64,000 nt of DNA, taken from the NCBI RefSeq assembly GCF_001194135.2, contig NC_069005.1:15839658-15903657 (forward strand), read 5' to 3'. Of this stretch, positions 11,503 to 25,499 are shown one piece after another (position 1 is the stretch's first letter; each line of letters starts with the position of its first letter). This DNA is from Octopus bimaculoides (lineage: Eukaryota). The notes beneath the pieces were generated by a model. It did not search any database, was not told the DNA's origin, and was given only the letters and a program-made list of their open reading frames with translations. Position numbers and translations under genes: made by a program.

Positions 11503-11723
11503 GTGCGGGCGACGCATGGAGTCTTTCGGGCGGGATCGTTGCCAGTGCCCCTGGACTGGCTCATGTGCGGGCGACACATGAAATCTTTCGAGCGAGATCG
11601 TTGCCAGTGCCCCTGGACTGGCTCTTGTGCGGGTGACACATTAAATGTTTTGAGCGGGACGGGATTGTTGCCAGTGCCCCTGGACTGGCTCATGTGCGGG
11701 CGACACATGAAATCTTTCGAGCG
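11503..11723 (+). repeat. CpG-rich ~62-bp minisatellite related to the RTE 3' UTR repeat, running into a 971-N gap
   Basis: Units gtgcgggcgac...gttgccagtgcccctggactggctcat x3.5. After the gap (12695-12820) comes the 3' tail with (gat)n. Confidence 0.85.
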
Positions 11724-12694
11724 NNNNNNNNNNNNNNNNNNNNNNNNNNNNNNNNNNNNNNNNNNNNNNNNNNNNNNNNNNNNNNNNNNNNNNNNNNNNN
11801 NNNNNNNNNNNNNNNNNNNNNNNNNNNNNNNNNNNNNNNNNNNNNNNNNNNNNNNNNNNNNNNNNNNNNNNNNNNNNNNNNNNNNNNNNNNNNNNNNNNN
11901 NNNNNNNNNNNNNNNNNNNNNNNNNNNNNNNNNNNNNNNNNNNNNNNNNNNNNNNNNNNNNNNNNNNNNNNNNNNNNNNNNNNNNNNNNNNNNNNNNNNN
12001 NNNNNNNNNNNNNNNNNNNNNNNNNNNNNNNNNNNNNNNNNNNNNNNNNNNNNNNNNNNNNNNNNNNNNNNNNNNNNNNNNNNNNNNNNNNNNNNNNNNN
12101 NNNNNNNNNNNNNNNNNNNNNNNNNNNNNNNNNNNNNNNNNNNNNNNNNNNNNNNNNNNNNNNNNNNNNNNNNNNNNNNNNNNNNNNNNNNNNNNNNNNN
12201 NNNNNNNNNNNNNNNNNNNNNNNNNNNNNNNNNNNNNNNNNNNNNNNNNNNNNNNNNNNNNNNNNNNNNNNNNNNNNNNNNNNNNNNNNNNNNNNNNNNN
12301 NNNNNNNNNNNNNNNNNNNNNNNNNNNNNNNNNNNNNNNNNNNNNNNNNNNNNNNNNNNNNNNNNNNNNNNNNNNNNNNNNNNNNNNNNNNNNNNNNNNN
12401 NNNNNNNNNNNNNNNNNNNNNNNNNNNNNNNNNNNNNNNNNNNNNNNNNNNNNNNNNNNNNNNNNNNNNNNNNNNNNNNNNNNNNNNNNNNNNNNNNNNN
12501 NNNNNNNNNNNNNNNNNNNNNNNNNNNNNNNNNNNNNNNNNNNNNNNNNNNNNNNNNNNNNNNNNNNNNNNNNNNNNNNNNNNNNNNNNNNNNNNNNNNN
12601 NNNNNNNNNNNNNNNNNNNNNNNNNNNNNNNNNNNNNNNNNNNNNNNNNNNNNNNNNNNNNNNNNNNNNNNNNNNNNNNNNNNNNNNNNNNNNN
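11724..12694. other. Assembly gap; others at 995-1176, 4110-4128, 30312-30394, 40444-40632, 45585-45603 and 47983-48392
   Basis: Runs of N, mostly flanked by microsatellites or tandem repeats. Confidence 0.98.
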
Positions 12695-12818
12695 AGAAAC
12701 TCTGCCAAATCAGATTGGAGCCTGGTGTTGCCATCCGGTTTCACCAGTCCTCAGTCAAATCGTCCAACCCATGCTAGCATGGAAGGCGGACGTTAAACGA
12801 TGATGATGATGATGATGA

Positions 12819-12858
<40 letters not shown>

Positions 12859-13559
12859 GATGGATTTCTTTCAGTTTCCATCTACCAAATCCACTCACAA
12901 GGCTTTGGTCAGCCCAAGACTATAGTAGAAGACACTTGCCCATATGCCATACAGTGGGACTGAACCCAGAACTATGTGGTTGGGAAGTAAGCTTCTTAAC
13001 ACACAGCCATGCCTGCACCTATTGTTCAGAATTGTCATAAAACACAGTGTTGGTTAAAAAAAAAACCTATAGGTATTTTTTTTTTATAGAAGTATACTTC
13101 GACAGGAATTGAACTCAAAACATGAAGCATGAAACAAGATGCTCTATCTGTGATCTTACAGCATAGAAAGCAACATCACTAGTGCTGGTGCCATAATAAG
13201 ATACACCCAATATATACAGTAAAGTGTTGAGTGGAAGAGTGTTTCAAGAGGACATTTTGGTTTTGTTGACGACATGACAAACTCTGTAGTGCTGGTGTCA
13301 AGATGAAATACATTTAGTCCACTCCAGTAAAGTTGTTGGTTATAGGAAGAGTATCTAGCAATTGAAACCAAGCCAAAATAAGAAGTGAGATATAAGTCCC
13401 CAACCCATATAGCAACGTAGTTAACTCTAAATAAGAACTCACATTGAGACAATGCATCTAATCCATGCCAACATGGAAAAGGGTCATAAAATAAGAATGA
13501 AGATGACTCCAAAATCTACAGTATCAGCAATTTCTGTCAGATGTAGTAACAAATTTAAC

Positions 13560-14885
13560 CTTTAACCCTGCTTGATCTGTAGAAAAGGTGTAGGGAGAAA
13601 CTCCATAAGATGTACCCAGTGTAAGCTTTGGATGCATAAGAGGTGCAGCAACATCAAAAGAAGGTTAACAGGGAAGATAGCTTTTGTGTGCGGCAGATGC
13701 ACAGGGGCAATAAACACCACAGATGCTCAGAAAACTGATTCCATCACATGCAAGGGGGTAAAACTAGAAGTAGTTGATAGCTTCCACTACCTAGGTGACC
13801 AAGTCTGTAGTGTGAGTGGAGAGCATTGCCACTAGAATAAGAATAGCCTGGACAAAGTTCAGAAAGCTCCTACCTCTACTGGTGACAAAGGGCCTCTCAC
13901 TCAGAGTGAAAGATAGATTGTATGATGCATGTGTGCAAACTGCCATGCTACATGGCAGTGAAACATGTGCCGTGACTGCTGAAGACATGTGTAGGCTTAA
14001 AAGAAATTAAGCTAATGTGTAATATCAGTGTGCACACATGACAGAGTGCAAACACCCTGAAAGAAATGCTGGACATAAGAAGCATCAGATGTGGTGTGCA
14101 AGAGAGATGACTGCACTGGTATGGTCATGTGCTGCGTATGGATGAAGAGAGCTGTGTGAAGGGTCACTCCCTAACAGTGGAAGGAACCCGTGGAGGAGGG
14201 AGATCTAGGAAGACATGGGATGAGGTGGTGAAGCATGACCTTTAAACATTGGGCTGCACAGAGGCAATGCCGAAAGACCAAGACCTCTGGAGATATGCTG
14301 TGATTGAGAAGACCCGGCAAGCCAAGTGAGATTACAGCCATAGCCTACACCAGTGTCGCATGATCAGCCCATTTAAAAAGTACCTTTGAATTGTCGGGTG
14401 ACATAGAAGACCTTCTGAGTCATGTAAAATCAAAATCAAATCAAATCAAAGCACAATCAAATGGAAATTGTAGTTGTGGCCGATGCCAGTGCCACCTGAC
14501 TAGTTCCTGTGCTGGTGACACGCAATAAGCACCATTCATGTGTGGGTCGTTGCCAGTGCCGCCTGACTGGCTCCTAATGCTGGTGGCATGTAAAAAGCAC
14601 CATCCAATGTGGTCGATGCCAGCTATCCTCCCCCCACCACCACTGACTAGCTCCTGTGCTGGTAGCATGTAAAAAGCACCATCCGAACATAGATGATGCC
14701 AGTGCCGCCTGACTGGCTCCTGTGCCAATAGCATGTAAAAAGCACCCACTACACTCTCAGAGTGGTTGGCGTTAGGAAAGGCATCCAGCTGTAGAAACAT
14801 TGCCAGATCAGATTGCCAGTCCCCAGTCAAACCGTCCAGCCTATGCCAGCATGGAAAACGGATGTATGATGATGATGATGATGAC
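13560..14885 (+). mobile_element. 5'-truncated RTE-clade LINE: Cys-rich segment, RT C-terminal region, repeat-containing 3' UTR and (GAT)n tail
   Basis: CRKGVGRNSIRCTQCKLWMHKRCS...CGRC, VDSFHYLGD and RIRIAWTKFRKLLPLL...LHGSET, interrupted by stops and frameshifts. Confidence 0.85.
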
Positions 14886-15358
14886 AGTAATGGTAATTAT
14901 ATAATACACAAGGCTTTGGTCAGCATGGAGCTGTAATGAAAGAGAATTTCCCAATGTACGACACAGTGGGACTGAACCCAAGGTGATATGGCTGGAAAGC
15001 AAGCTTCTCAACCACACAGCCATGCCTATAAAGCAGAGATACATTTTAGATAATATACTCCTCGATATAATGTGCTTAACAAAAAGATGGGCTGTCTACA
15101 GTGAGAAGACCTTTCATTTTAACATTTACTTGAGCAATGCAAAACTAACAATGCTACACCATGCAGGGTGTTCCAGAATTAACTATGTTTCAATGAAATT
15201 GAGCAAATTTTTTTTAAAAAGCTGACAAAATTTTATGTTTATCACCAAAACAAGTAGATTTATAAACCTTTATTGAAAATTTCCAACATGTCTGTATCCC
15301 TACATACTTCAAATCTCGCTTTTGAAGCATTTCAAGAGTTAACTCCTACACTGCTAAC

Positions 15359-15445
15359 TTGAATGTGTTCTTTAAGCTCAGCTAAACGATTGTTCCATCT
15401 TGGGGATGGAAGTAAAGAAATTATTGCTGCCAAATTGAAAAAAAG
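15359..15445 (-). CDS. Candidate internal exon (LFFNLAAIISLLPSPRWNNRLAELKEHIQ)
   Basis: Acceptor ctcttgtttgtccatgacag, donor CAA|gttagc, 87 nt, phase 0-0, open. Confidence 0.6.
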
Positions 15446-16059
15446 CTGTCATGGACAAACAAGAGGGATCCAACAGGAATGAAAATAAAATTATAAACAA
15501 AATTCAAAATTTATACACTTTTAACATATATTAAACATAAGTAAAAGTGAGTGTTAAAATAAATGCATCTGATTTTACTCATTAATTCTGGGACATCCTG
15601 TATTTACTCTTCCAAATGAATGGGGGAGGGGATTAATTACAGGTGGCGAGTGTAGCTTCTGAAAGTGGTCACATGGTCAAACTCAAATGGCTATGAGTCA
15701 CAACAGCAGTTTTTTTTTTTTTTGTCTGAACATTTTGCATTATACAGTTTAGACATGGATGACATAGGAAGCAGACAGACATGCTGCCAGGCCATGCTGT
15801 GTTGCACAGGACTGGAAATGTGAAACATCAACAGGGCACTTCTGGAGAATGGATAAATGAGTTTGTTGTGCCTTTACCCAGCTGCACACACACACACACA
15901 CACACATGGCCCGGGATGATAACATGAAGCATCAACTGGGCAACAACAAAAATTTTAATGTTCTTCTCATTTCCTCTGCCAAATTGGACAATAAAGTTCT
16001 CATGAAATATTATATGCTACTTATAATGCATAAGTAATATCAATATTTTATCGTAGGAA

Positions 16060-16552
<493 letters not shown>

Positions 16553-16799
16553 TTATGTTGTGGCAAGAGTCATTGACACCTCTGGGAGATTGGAAGAATG
16601 GACAAACCAAACTCTTATAAAGAGTAGTGGTCGGTAGTAGTCAGAGAGTGTTTTGGTAGTATTGCAAAGTACATTGTGTGAACACATTGATTAAACCTCT
16701 GCTACATAATTTATCTACACCAACCTGTGGCAGGATATAAAAGTGGTGATGAGATATTCTTGTGTAGGATATTTAAATTTTTTTTTTTGTACAAAACCA

Positions 16800-19700
16800 A
16801 AGAAAATATTATTTAACATGGAAGACTTGTTGGCACATGCGGTGCAGTTGCAACAGCAACAACAACAAAACCAACTATTACTGGAAGTCATGCTGAAAAA
16901 GTCTGAAAATATTTCGGGTTCATTCTCATCAGACAGTATAGCAAATTCAATTGGAGAATTTATTTATAACCCAGAAGAAGGTACTACTTTTTCTTCATAT
17001 TTTCAAAGATACAAAGAAATCGTCAAAGAAGAATGTAAAAGTTAAAATGATGAGAAGGTGTGACTACTTTTAAGAAAGTTATCCCCTCCCAAAGACGAAA
17101 AATACTGTAACTATATTCTGCCGAAGAAACCAAGTGAGATTTGCTTCAGTCAAACAGCTAATTTGTTATCGAGAATTTTCAGTGAAAGAAATTCCCTGTT
17201 CAATACTTGTTGGCAATGTTTAAATTTAGTTAAAAAAGATGATGAAGATTTCATCACCTATGCTGGGGTCATTAACAGAGAGTGTGAAAAATTTTAATTA
17301 AATGAATTAACCCCAGATCTGTTCAAATGTGTAATTTTTGGTCAAGGTTTAACAGCAAGAAAAGATGTTGGATATACGTTCCCGTATATTAACAAAATTA
17401 GAACAGGACCAAAAACTAACTCTACAGTCAGTGTCTGAAGAATGATAGGGGATTATAAATTTAAGACATGATGCAGATAAAATTGAAGAAAAAGACTGCT
17501 ATCAGATACATGCATGTCATTCTGAAACAGATAAGAAAAAGAAAAACGAACATCAATGCTAAATCCATGTTATGGTTGCAGAAGTTTACATTTTAAAAAT
17601 AATTGTCCTTTTAAAAATCGTAAACGTTTTGATTGAGGAAAAATCGAACGTAAAAGCTCAAATTGTATAGCGAAACAAAAAAAAAAGGGTCAAACAAAAA
17701 AATTTCTAGAAAGAATGAATTGTTAAAAAAAATTCTAAGCAAGGCTCAGAAAAGAAAATTTGTGTCCATAAAAATGAATAATGTGAATATCAAGTTACAA
17801 TAGCATACAGGCAGTGATTTCATGATAATTAATACAGATACATGGAGAAAAATAGAGAAACCTAGATTAAAGGAAACTTCAAAAATTGCGCAAGGTGTTT
17901 CAGGAAAAATATTGCATTTTATGGGTGAAATGATAAGTGATGTTACATTTCATAAAAAGGCTTTGAAAGCCAAAGTTTTTGTGTTGAAAAATACAAATTT
18001 ATTTGGAACAGACTGGAGGGAACTATTTCACTTACGGGACCTACTCATAAATATTTTTTGTAAGAATGTGAATGGTTCTTCTGCCAGTACAAATAAGGTG
18101 GTGAATTTAAAAAAAGAATTAAAACAAATTTTTCCTCAGGTTTTTTCTGAGGAACTATGTCTTTGCACCAAAACAGAGGCAAATATTCAAGTGAAAGAAA
18201 ACATTATACCGGTATTTAAAAGAACAATACCTTTCACAGTGTTGAAACAAGTCAATGAAGAATTGGATAGACTTGAAAAGCTTGGTGTTACTGAAAAAAC
18301 TGATTACTCAAAATCAGCATCCTCTACACTTTATGTCAAGAAAAGAAATAATAAAATCTGAGTATGCCCTGATTTCTCAATGGGATTAAATGAATGTTTG
18401 ATGCCATATAATTTCCCATTATCAAGTCCAGAAGAAATTTTTGCGAAGTTGAATGGAGGAAAATTTTTTTTCAAAGTTCTCCACCTGAAGCATATTTGCA
18501 GGTAAAAGTCGATGAGTAATGTTCAAAATTATTGACAATACATATCCATAAAAAGTTGTATAAATTTAATCGACTCCCTTTTGGTATAAAAGTAGCACCT
18601 GGCATTTTCCAACAAATCCTGGACATTATGCTCATAGGTTCGGATTTCGCTGTAGCTTACCTTGACGACATACTCATAGAACGTGAGTCTTGAGGTCAGC
18701 ATGCTGAGCATGTTAAAAAGGTCTTCGAAGGAATAAAAGATTATGGTTTTAAGCTCAGCAAGGAAAGGTGTGAATTTTTTATGCCAAGAATAAAATACTT
18801 AGGGAAAATTATTGATGAAAATGGACACAGACCAGACCTGTCTAGGGCCAGTGCAATAGATGAACATTACAAGCATTTTAGGGGCTTGCAAATTACTACC
18901 AGGTATACATTCGAATATGCACAATTTAAGAGCATCCCTGAATAACTTGTTAAAAAAAAAAAGTTAAGTGAAACTGCTTGGACAAATGCCAAAAAGCTTT
19001 TGAAGAAATTAAAGACATCTTAATGTTGGAATTGTCGTTATCACATTTTGATCCAAATTTAGAAATAGTAGTGGTAGTAGATGCTAGTGAAAGTGGTACT
19101 GGAGCTGTGATTTTACCCAAATATGAAGATGGTAGCCTGAAAGCAGTAGCTGATGCTTTGCCTTCATTATTGCTGGCTGAGAAAAGTTACAGTCAAATAG
19201 AGAAAGAAGCATTACCTATCATATTTGCAGTAAAAAAAATCCATAAATTTATTCATGGAAGAAGGTTCCGTTTGCAGACAGACCACCGCCCATTATTGTC
19301 GATCTATGGATCAAAAAAGGGTATTACCACTCATACAGCCAGCAGATTACAGCACTGGGGAATGATCCTAATGAATTATGACTTCAAGATGGAGTATTTG
19401 CCATTGAAAAAATTGCGACATGCAGATGATTTGTCAAGGCTAATACCAAAATATAGATAACCATTAGAAGACACAGTGTTAGCAGCATTAAAAGCTGAAA
19501 ATCTAATAAAAAATATATCATGCAATGTTGTGTATGAATTGCCTGTGACATTGGAGGAAATAAAAATTAAGGCAGAGACGGATGTGTTTACCGTAAAAAT
19601 GAAAACAATAGTGAGATCAGAAGAAACAAATAAAAAAAAATACGTGTAACAGAGTTTCGAATTTGTATTCAATATGTGATAATGTGCTTATGTATGCACA

Positions 19701-20460
19701 GAGGGTCATAATGCCTACCTCACTACAAGGTCAGGTTGCTCTTGGACGCTACTGGTAACGTGTAATCCAGTACAACCTATCACACTGGTCAGGTCACTTT
19801 TTGGGGTGCTACTGGTAACAACCTGCTGCATGCACTGGGACATCGAGAAATTGGTGAAAACTGGTAGAGGTTGCATGCTCAGCAGCCAAAGTACCACAAG
19901 TAAAATACCTATCATGTTCCATTAAAAGGCAGCAAGTTGGCAGAAATCATTGAAGAGTGTTGCTAGAAGCCGATAAGAGTCGGTGTGTTAGTTCCAAGTT
20001 GAACTCACATCGAATATGTAAGCTGCCATAATGATAGTTGTTCGAATTACTGTGTGTTGGTCCCATTGCTAGAATGTGGTAAGGGTTTGATTCCCCTGAT
20101 CACAATATATCGGATGCAGCTGTGCAGTATTAACCAGCAAGAGGAGATGTCTTTTTGGGGTTAAAAATCACACTAAAGTCAATTTGTAACAAACTGCTAC
20201 CAGAAAGTAAAACAAATAGAGAAAACACTAAAAATACAACAGAGTTCTTTTTTTTAATATCGGTAACGAGGTGTTTTTCAAAATATATAAAAATGGAAGA
20301 CAAGGTTGGGAAGACGGAGTAGTAACAAAAAGAATAGGCAAAATGACATATATGAGAAGAGGCGAAAAATGAGAACACAAAAGGCATTTAAACCAACTAA
20401 AAAATAGATATACGGAAAAAAGAAAAGCAATACCCATGGAAGTGTTCTATGACCTTTAAA
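16800..20460 (+). mobile_element. Degenerate Ty3/Gypsy LTR retrotransposon (gag-like, protease, RT, RNase H, integrase ends)
   Basis: RT motif AYLDDILI at about 18655-18678. RNase H VDASESGTGAVI...SYSQIEKEAL...QTDHRPLL. Integrase C-terminus HLNQLKNRY near 20385. Many stops; the integrase core is replaced by unrelated sequence at about 19730-20130. Confidence 0.9.
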
Positions 20461-20624
20461 ACTGGTATACATGGGCAACTGCTGGTCTTACATAAACAAC
20501 TTTCCTCAGATTTGTGCCTTGAAGGGAAACTTTCTTGGTGTATCTCATGGTCATTCATGACCAAAAGGGAGCCTTTACCCTTTTATACAATAGTAAGTTA
20601 ACAAGTAAATTATTAAGGCAGTAT

Positions 20625-20840
20625 AAGGTGATGAGCTGGCAGAATCGTTAGCATGCTGGGTGAAATGCTTAGTGGCATTTCATTCATCTTTGCATTATGA
20701 GTTCAAATTCCACTGAGGTCAACTTTGCCTTTTATCTGTTCAGGGTCAATAAAACAAGTACCAGTTGAGCCCTGGGATCAATGTAATCGACTTAACACCT
20801 CCTGTGAAATTGCTGGCCTTGTGCCAAAATTTGAAATCAT
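20625..20840 (+). mobile_element. tRNA-type SINE family B
   Basis: gagctggcagaatcgttagca...gagttcaaattcc...gccttgtgccaaaatttgaaa. Other copies at 40643-40870, 46732-46945 and 58835-59045 (minus). Confidence 0.9.
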
Positions 20841-20996
20841 GTCAGTGAGTCAGTGAGTAAGTTTAAAACTTCACACAGCTGTAGTTCACCAACACTACCC
20901 AAACATTACCCCATGAAGCTATTTGACATCAAACTTAAATAGCTGCAACCACATGGAACAATGTGAAATAGTTACAATAGTGACCTAACAATAATA

Positions 20997-22202
20997 TTGG
21001 GTCATCCCATAAATAATATGGTGTTTTCAGTTGCATGAACTAAAAGTCTGAGGGGGATGGGATAAACTACCTGCATCAACTTGCTATAAGAGTAGGTAGT
21101 AATTTTACCTTGTCCTTATTCTTAGTGCAAGTTTTGAAGAGTGCAGTTCGATTTTAACAGTTATTTTTTCAAAGCTATAAATGGGAGTGACAAAGGAGCA
21201 TATTTGACATATTTTGCTCTATGAGTTCAATAAAGACAACAACGTAATGGAAAGTGTGAGAAAATATAAATAAGCGTAAGTCAGGGTCAAAGGTGGTTCC
21301 AGAAATTCCTAGCAGGAAACTACAGCCTAGAAGATGACTTTCATCCTGGATGATCTGTAGAGCTCAACAAGGACATCCTGCAAACCCTGGTGGAACAAAA
21401 TCCATCATAACTGTTGAGGAACTAGCAGAGAAGCTTGCCATCGGAAAAGTCAGCAAATTGGGTCAATGGGTTCATCACAAATTTTCCAAGTCTAATCATA
21501 TGCAGAGAGTGAATGTTTGCTCTTCTTTACTGTCACATCTCATGAATGAACCTTTTTTAGACCAAATAGTGACGGGTGATGAGAAATGGGTTCTCTATAA
21601 AAACGTCAAGTGCTGAAGACAGTGGGTAGGGAAAGGAGAAATACTGGCACCCCAGGCTTCAACCACATAAGGTGTTGTTATCTGTTTGGTGGGATATGAG
21701 AGGTTTAATCAACTTTGAGCTTTTAGACCCAAACTAAACGATAACAAAGGAGATCTACTGTGAGCAACTTGAGCAGCTTAGAAAGAAAATGACCATCTCT
21801 GGTTTCAAGTCAAAAGATGCTCTTCCATCAGGATAATGCTCAGCCACATACAGCAAGGATGACATTCAAAAGGCTGGAGCAGTCTGAATGAGAAACGATG
21901 CTCCACCCATCATATGCATTGGACATTGCCTCATCTGATTATCATTTATTCCACAGTCTTCAAAATCATTTGGATGGAAAAAATATGAATTCTGTAGACA
22001 AGATCAGAACAGTACTGGAGGAGTATTTTTCTTCACGGACAAGTGAATTTTGGAAGAGGGGCCTTGCAAGTCTACCAGATAGATGGAAGAGAATTGTAGA
22101 AAATGAAGGAGAGTATATTTTAGATTAAAAAAGAATTTTGTTTATCTTAATTTTTTAAAATGAAAAGTATTAAAAAAACGCATTATTTATGGGATAACCC
22201 AA
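20997..22202 (+). mobile_element. Near full-length defective mariner (DD34D type)
   Basis: TIRs ttgggtcatcccataaataat and attatttatgggataacccaa with TA TSDs. Motifs IVTGDEKWVLY, HQDNAQPH and HPSYALDIASSDYHLF, with internal stops. Confidence 0.95.
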
Positions 22203-22552
22203 TATTACGGACAGGTAGAGAAAGATGATACAGTGTGCAGATGTTGATTGGATAAGTTTACATGTTAACAATAGAATAATATAAATATAGCATTACTCTA
22301 ACCACAAAAGATTAATTGTGTTAATCATTCTATCTTTGTGATTTTGAATTCACTTTGTAATTCTGCAGCTCCTATGTGATGTTGTCATAATAGTTATCAA
22401 GTTTGCATGACTTAGGGACTAGTATTAACATCCTTATAGCTCAATCAGGATTTGAAAAGCTCATTCAAGCTCAAAGAAAAGAGAAAAATAATGCTGTCAT
22501 GACATATGGTGAGTTTTGAACATTTTTAGATTTGGAAGGGCCCATTTCTCAC

Positions 22553-22648
22553 CAAGTCTGAGACAACAGTAGAAAAGAAGAGAGGCAAAGAGTTTTGGTC
22601 CCAGTGCTGGATTGGTACTTTATCAAGCTTGAAAGAAAAAGTTGATTT
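22553..22648 (-). CDS. Candidate internal exon (KSTFSFKLDKVPIQHWDQNSLPLFFSTVVSDL)
   Basis: Acceptor ...attcaaacacctcag, donor TTG|gtgaga, 96 nt, phase 0-0, open. Confidence 0.7.
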
Positions 22649-22819
22649 CTGAGGTGTTTGAATACAGCACACAGAGAGGTGGAAAGAATAGCATATATAT
22701 ATATATATAAAAGAGAGGGGGAGAGAGAGAGAAAAAGGGAGAGAGAGGGAGAGAGAGATGGGAAAAACAGCACAAAGTAATCTTTTGGGGATCTGGCAAC
22801 TTGCTGTTTATACATGGTG

Positions 22820-23525
22820 AAGGCACGTGGCTTAGTGGTTAGAGTATTATTCAGCTCATGATCTTAAGGTTGTGACTTCAATTCCCAGTGGCACATTGTG
22901 TCCTTGGGCAAGACACTTTATCTCATGTTGCTCCAGTCCACTCAGCTAGAAACAATGAGTAGTTCCTGTACTTCAAAGGGCCAGCCTTGTCACATTCCTA
23001 GTTATGTTGAATCTCCCTGAGAACTACATTAAGTGTATGTGTGTTTGTGGAACGCTCAGCCACTTCATCATCATCATCATCATCAACATTTAACATTTGT
23101 TTTTCATGTCAGCATGGGCTGGATTGCTTGACAGGGACTGGCAAGGCCAGTATCTGCACTAGGTTCCATAGTCTGTTTTGGTTTGGTTTCTCTGACTGGG
23201 TGCCCTTCCAAGCACCAACCATTTTACAGAGTGTACTGGGTGCTTTTTATGTGATACCATCACCAGTGCTTTTTATGTGGCCCCAGTGCTTTTTACGTGA
23301 GACCAGCACCCACAACCAATTCTTTTCTACATAGTACCTTGGTTTTAAGATCTCAATTCTGTTGTGGTGGGTAGGTCTTCTTGAGTACAGCACTGCCCCA
23401 CACACCTCAGTCCTCTGTCATCTCCTTTGTAAGATTCAATGTTCTGAGATCCATTTTCAGGCTGTTCTGTCGATCAGATCAACTGGAACATGCATCATCA
23501 TAACTGACAGAGTGCCAGTTTCATT
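22820..23525 (+). mobile_element. tRNA-type SINE family C interrupted by a minus-strand RTE-tail insertion (~23066-23465)
   Basis: ggcttagtggttagag...gctcagccactt, then (cat)n plus inverted RTE tail, then the SINE resumes at gatcagatcaactggaac. Other family C copies at 41930-42965 (split), 46318-46630, 47015-47190, 43600-43940 (minus), 59255-59390 (minus) and 63370-63495 (minus). Confidence 0.8.
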
Positions 23526-23849
23526 TATCCATCATAGGAAATGTTAGAGACTGAGCAGCAGGAGTTGGAGAAATCGATAATGTTGAATTGTTAGAAAAAT
23601 CACTGCAGGTGATCATCTGATCAAGTGGCAGCCCAACAGGAAATGAAAAAGTTGGTAATGCCAATCCATTGATAACATTATCATGATTAGCAGATGTTTG
23701 TGGAAGGATATTTAGGAACTATTTGTTCAATTAATGCTAACTGAACTTTTCTATAGTCAAAATCTAATTCAGGCTGTGTTTGTGTTTCTGCTAACATGAA
23801 TCAGATAACACACATCAGCAGGAAACATCATTATTTTTATTCTTTGTAA

Positions 23850-24260
23850 TTAACCATTTGTCTAACTTCATAAAAAGAATTTGCAAATTTACAGCTAATC
23901 ATCTTGTCTTCCAAGTAATTTTTCTGCCAGATGCACCTGATTTACATACACCTGATGCACAATAATGGTCAAAAAGAACCTTTGGCAAGTTCTCATCAAA
24001 TTTCCTAATTTATGGAATGTAATCTTTCAGAACAGACTTCATTGTTTACATAGCTCTTTCTGCTGCATTAGATTTTGGACTGCAGATAGAACTTTCAGTT
24101 TCTTTGTAATTAAGTCACTTTAGCTAATCCTTTAATTAAATGAATCCTGGTTCATTGTCTCTAATACAACTGTCATTGAACTAACGAAGCTAGAGAAAAT
24201 TGAGAAAAGTCATTTCCTCACATATTCTGAACTTATGTTGAAATCTCAACCTTAATTCCA
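23850..24260 (-). mobile_element. Degenerate Gypsy integrase-core fragment
   Basis: Minus strand translates to SPKSNAAERAM*TMKSVLK...DENLPKVLF, resembling the P-x-SNG-x-AER integrase motif. Confidence 0.5.
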
Positions 24261-25499
24261 GGAAATTAATTATAACACTGGGTAACATGATTTTGGTCCT
24301 TAGGTAGTAACTGTCATTTCTATTTGCTTACCCCTAGAAAACATGAAAAATGGCTAATATTTCCTTCAAACTTTGCTTTTCTTATAGTTATTCAAACCCC
24401 AATGAAACCTTCTCAACACATGGCTATGGTGCTCCCCCACTATTCCTGCTCATCATCGGAGACATACATATTGTCAGCAACTGAGAGACATGCTCAAGTG
24501 GTTAAGGTCAAGCAAGTGACAAGAAGATTTCTGCTATTGCACAGAATATTTGCTATAATGATATTTCTGCTTCAGCAACCCAATGCTGAATCTGTCTGAA
24601 ATGTAATGGAAAATAGGTCAGTTTCTAAACATTGATGTCCAGGTCAGAAAAACAATGTTTGAAGAGATTTCTAGAGAGAAGCAAATAGGAAATAACACTT
24701 AACTGACCAAAGACAAAAAAAAAAAAAAAAAATACACGGTGTTATCATTCTAAAAGAGTTGATCAATGATTTTTTCTAACCATGTGATTACTTAAACCTT
24801 TGCATACACAAAGCAACCTTTTAAGTTTGTTCTATATGCACATGCTTGTTTTTAGACTTTTAGTTAACACTTGTTTCACATGTTCTGAGTTATATAAAAC
24901 TTTCTCTTCATAAGTCTCAAGTAACTCTGGAGATTGAAAAAAATTGAGAATGTGTATCATGTATAATTCATGGATGCCAGAGAAATATGCCCCATGTATT
25001 GCATGTGATACACAAAACAGGCAAAAGGATAAGTAAAAATAAGAGGTAACCATGTTAAAATGATGTTTAATGTGTTCTACAGTCTCACCATTACCAAAAG
25101 TTTATTCATTGCCTGTATCAGAATGTAATGAACTTTTAAACAACACTGAATCAAACTGATATGAATCACATTTTACTCCATTAAAAGCAGTGACATTATC
25201 AATGGTTTTACAACTTCTTGCTTGCTTTGTTTTCTTTGTTTAATGGGGCTGGGGTCATTCCAAGTTAGTGGTCTTGGAGATGTCATGATGTGCAGAGCCA
25301 ATCAGGTCTACCAGTACTTTTCATTGCTGGTGGTCCCATGCCAGACCCTCCGCAACCTCCAATGTGAAGTCAAGCCTCTAAAGATCTTTCTTAATCACAC
25401 CCAGCCATCTGGTGCAGGGTCTGTTACAAAGCCACTTCCAACCCGCAGCTGCTGTGTCAAATGAGAGAAAAGCCCTGGCAGGATGATCTAGCTGGTGTA

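Noticed and set aside
11503-11723. Regularly spaced repeats resembling a CRISPR array (also 14480-14730)
   Set aside because: Whole units repeat with no unique spacers, the context is eukaryotic, and there are no cas genes.
22553-22648. WDQNSLP resembles the YDSSSLP motif I recall from the CENP-U C-terminus, after a coiled coil
   Set aside because: Only a short motif; spacing to the coiled coil and to the stop does not fit once the 15.4-kb exon is included. It would need a profile search.
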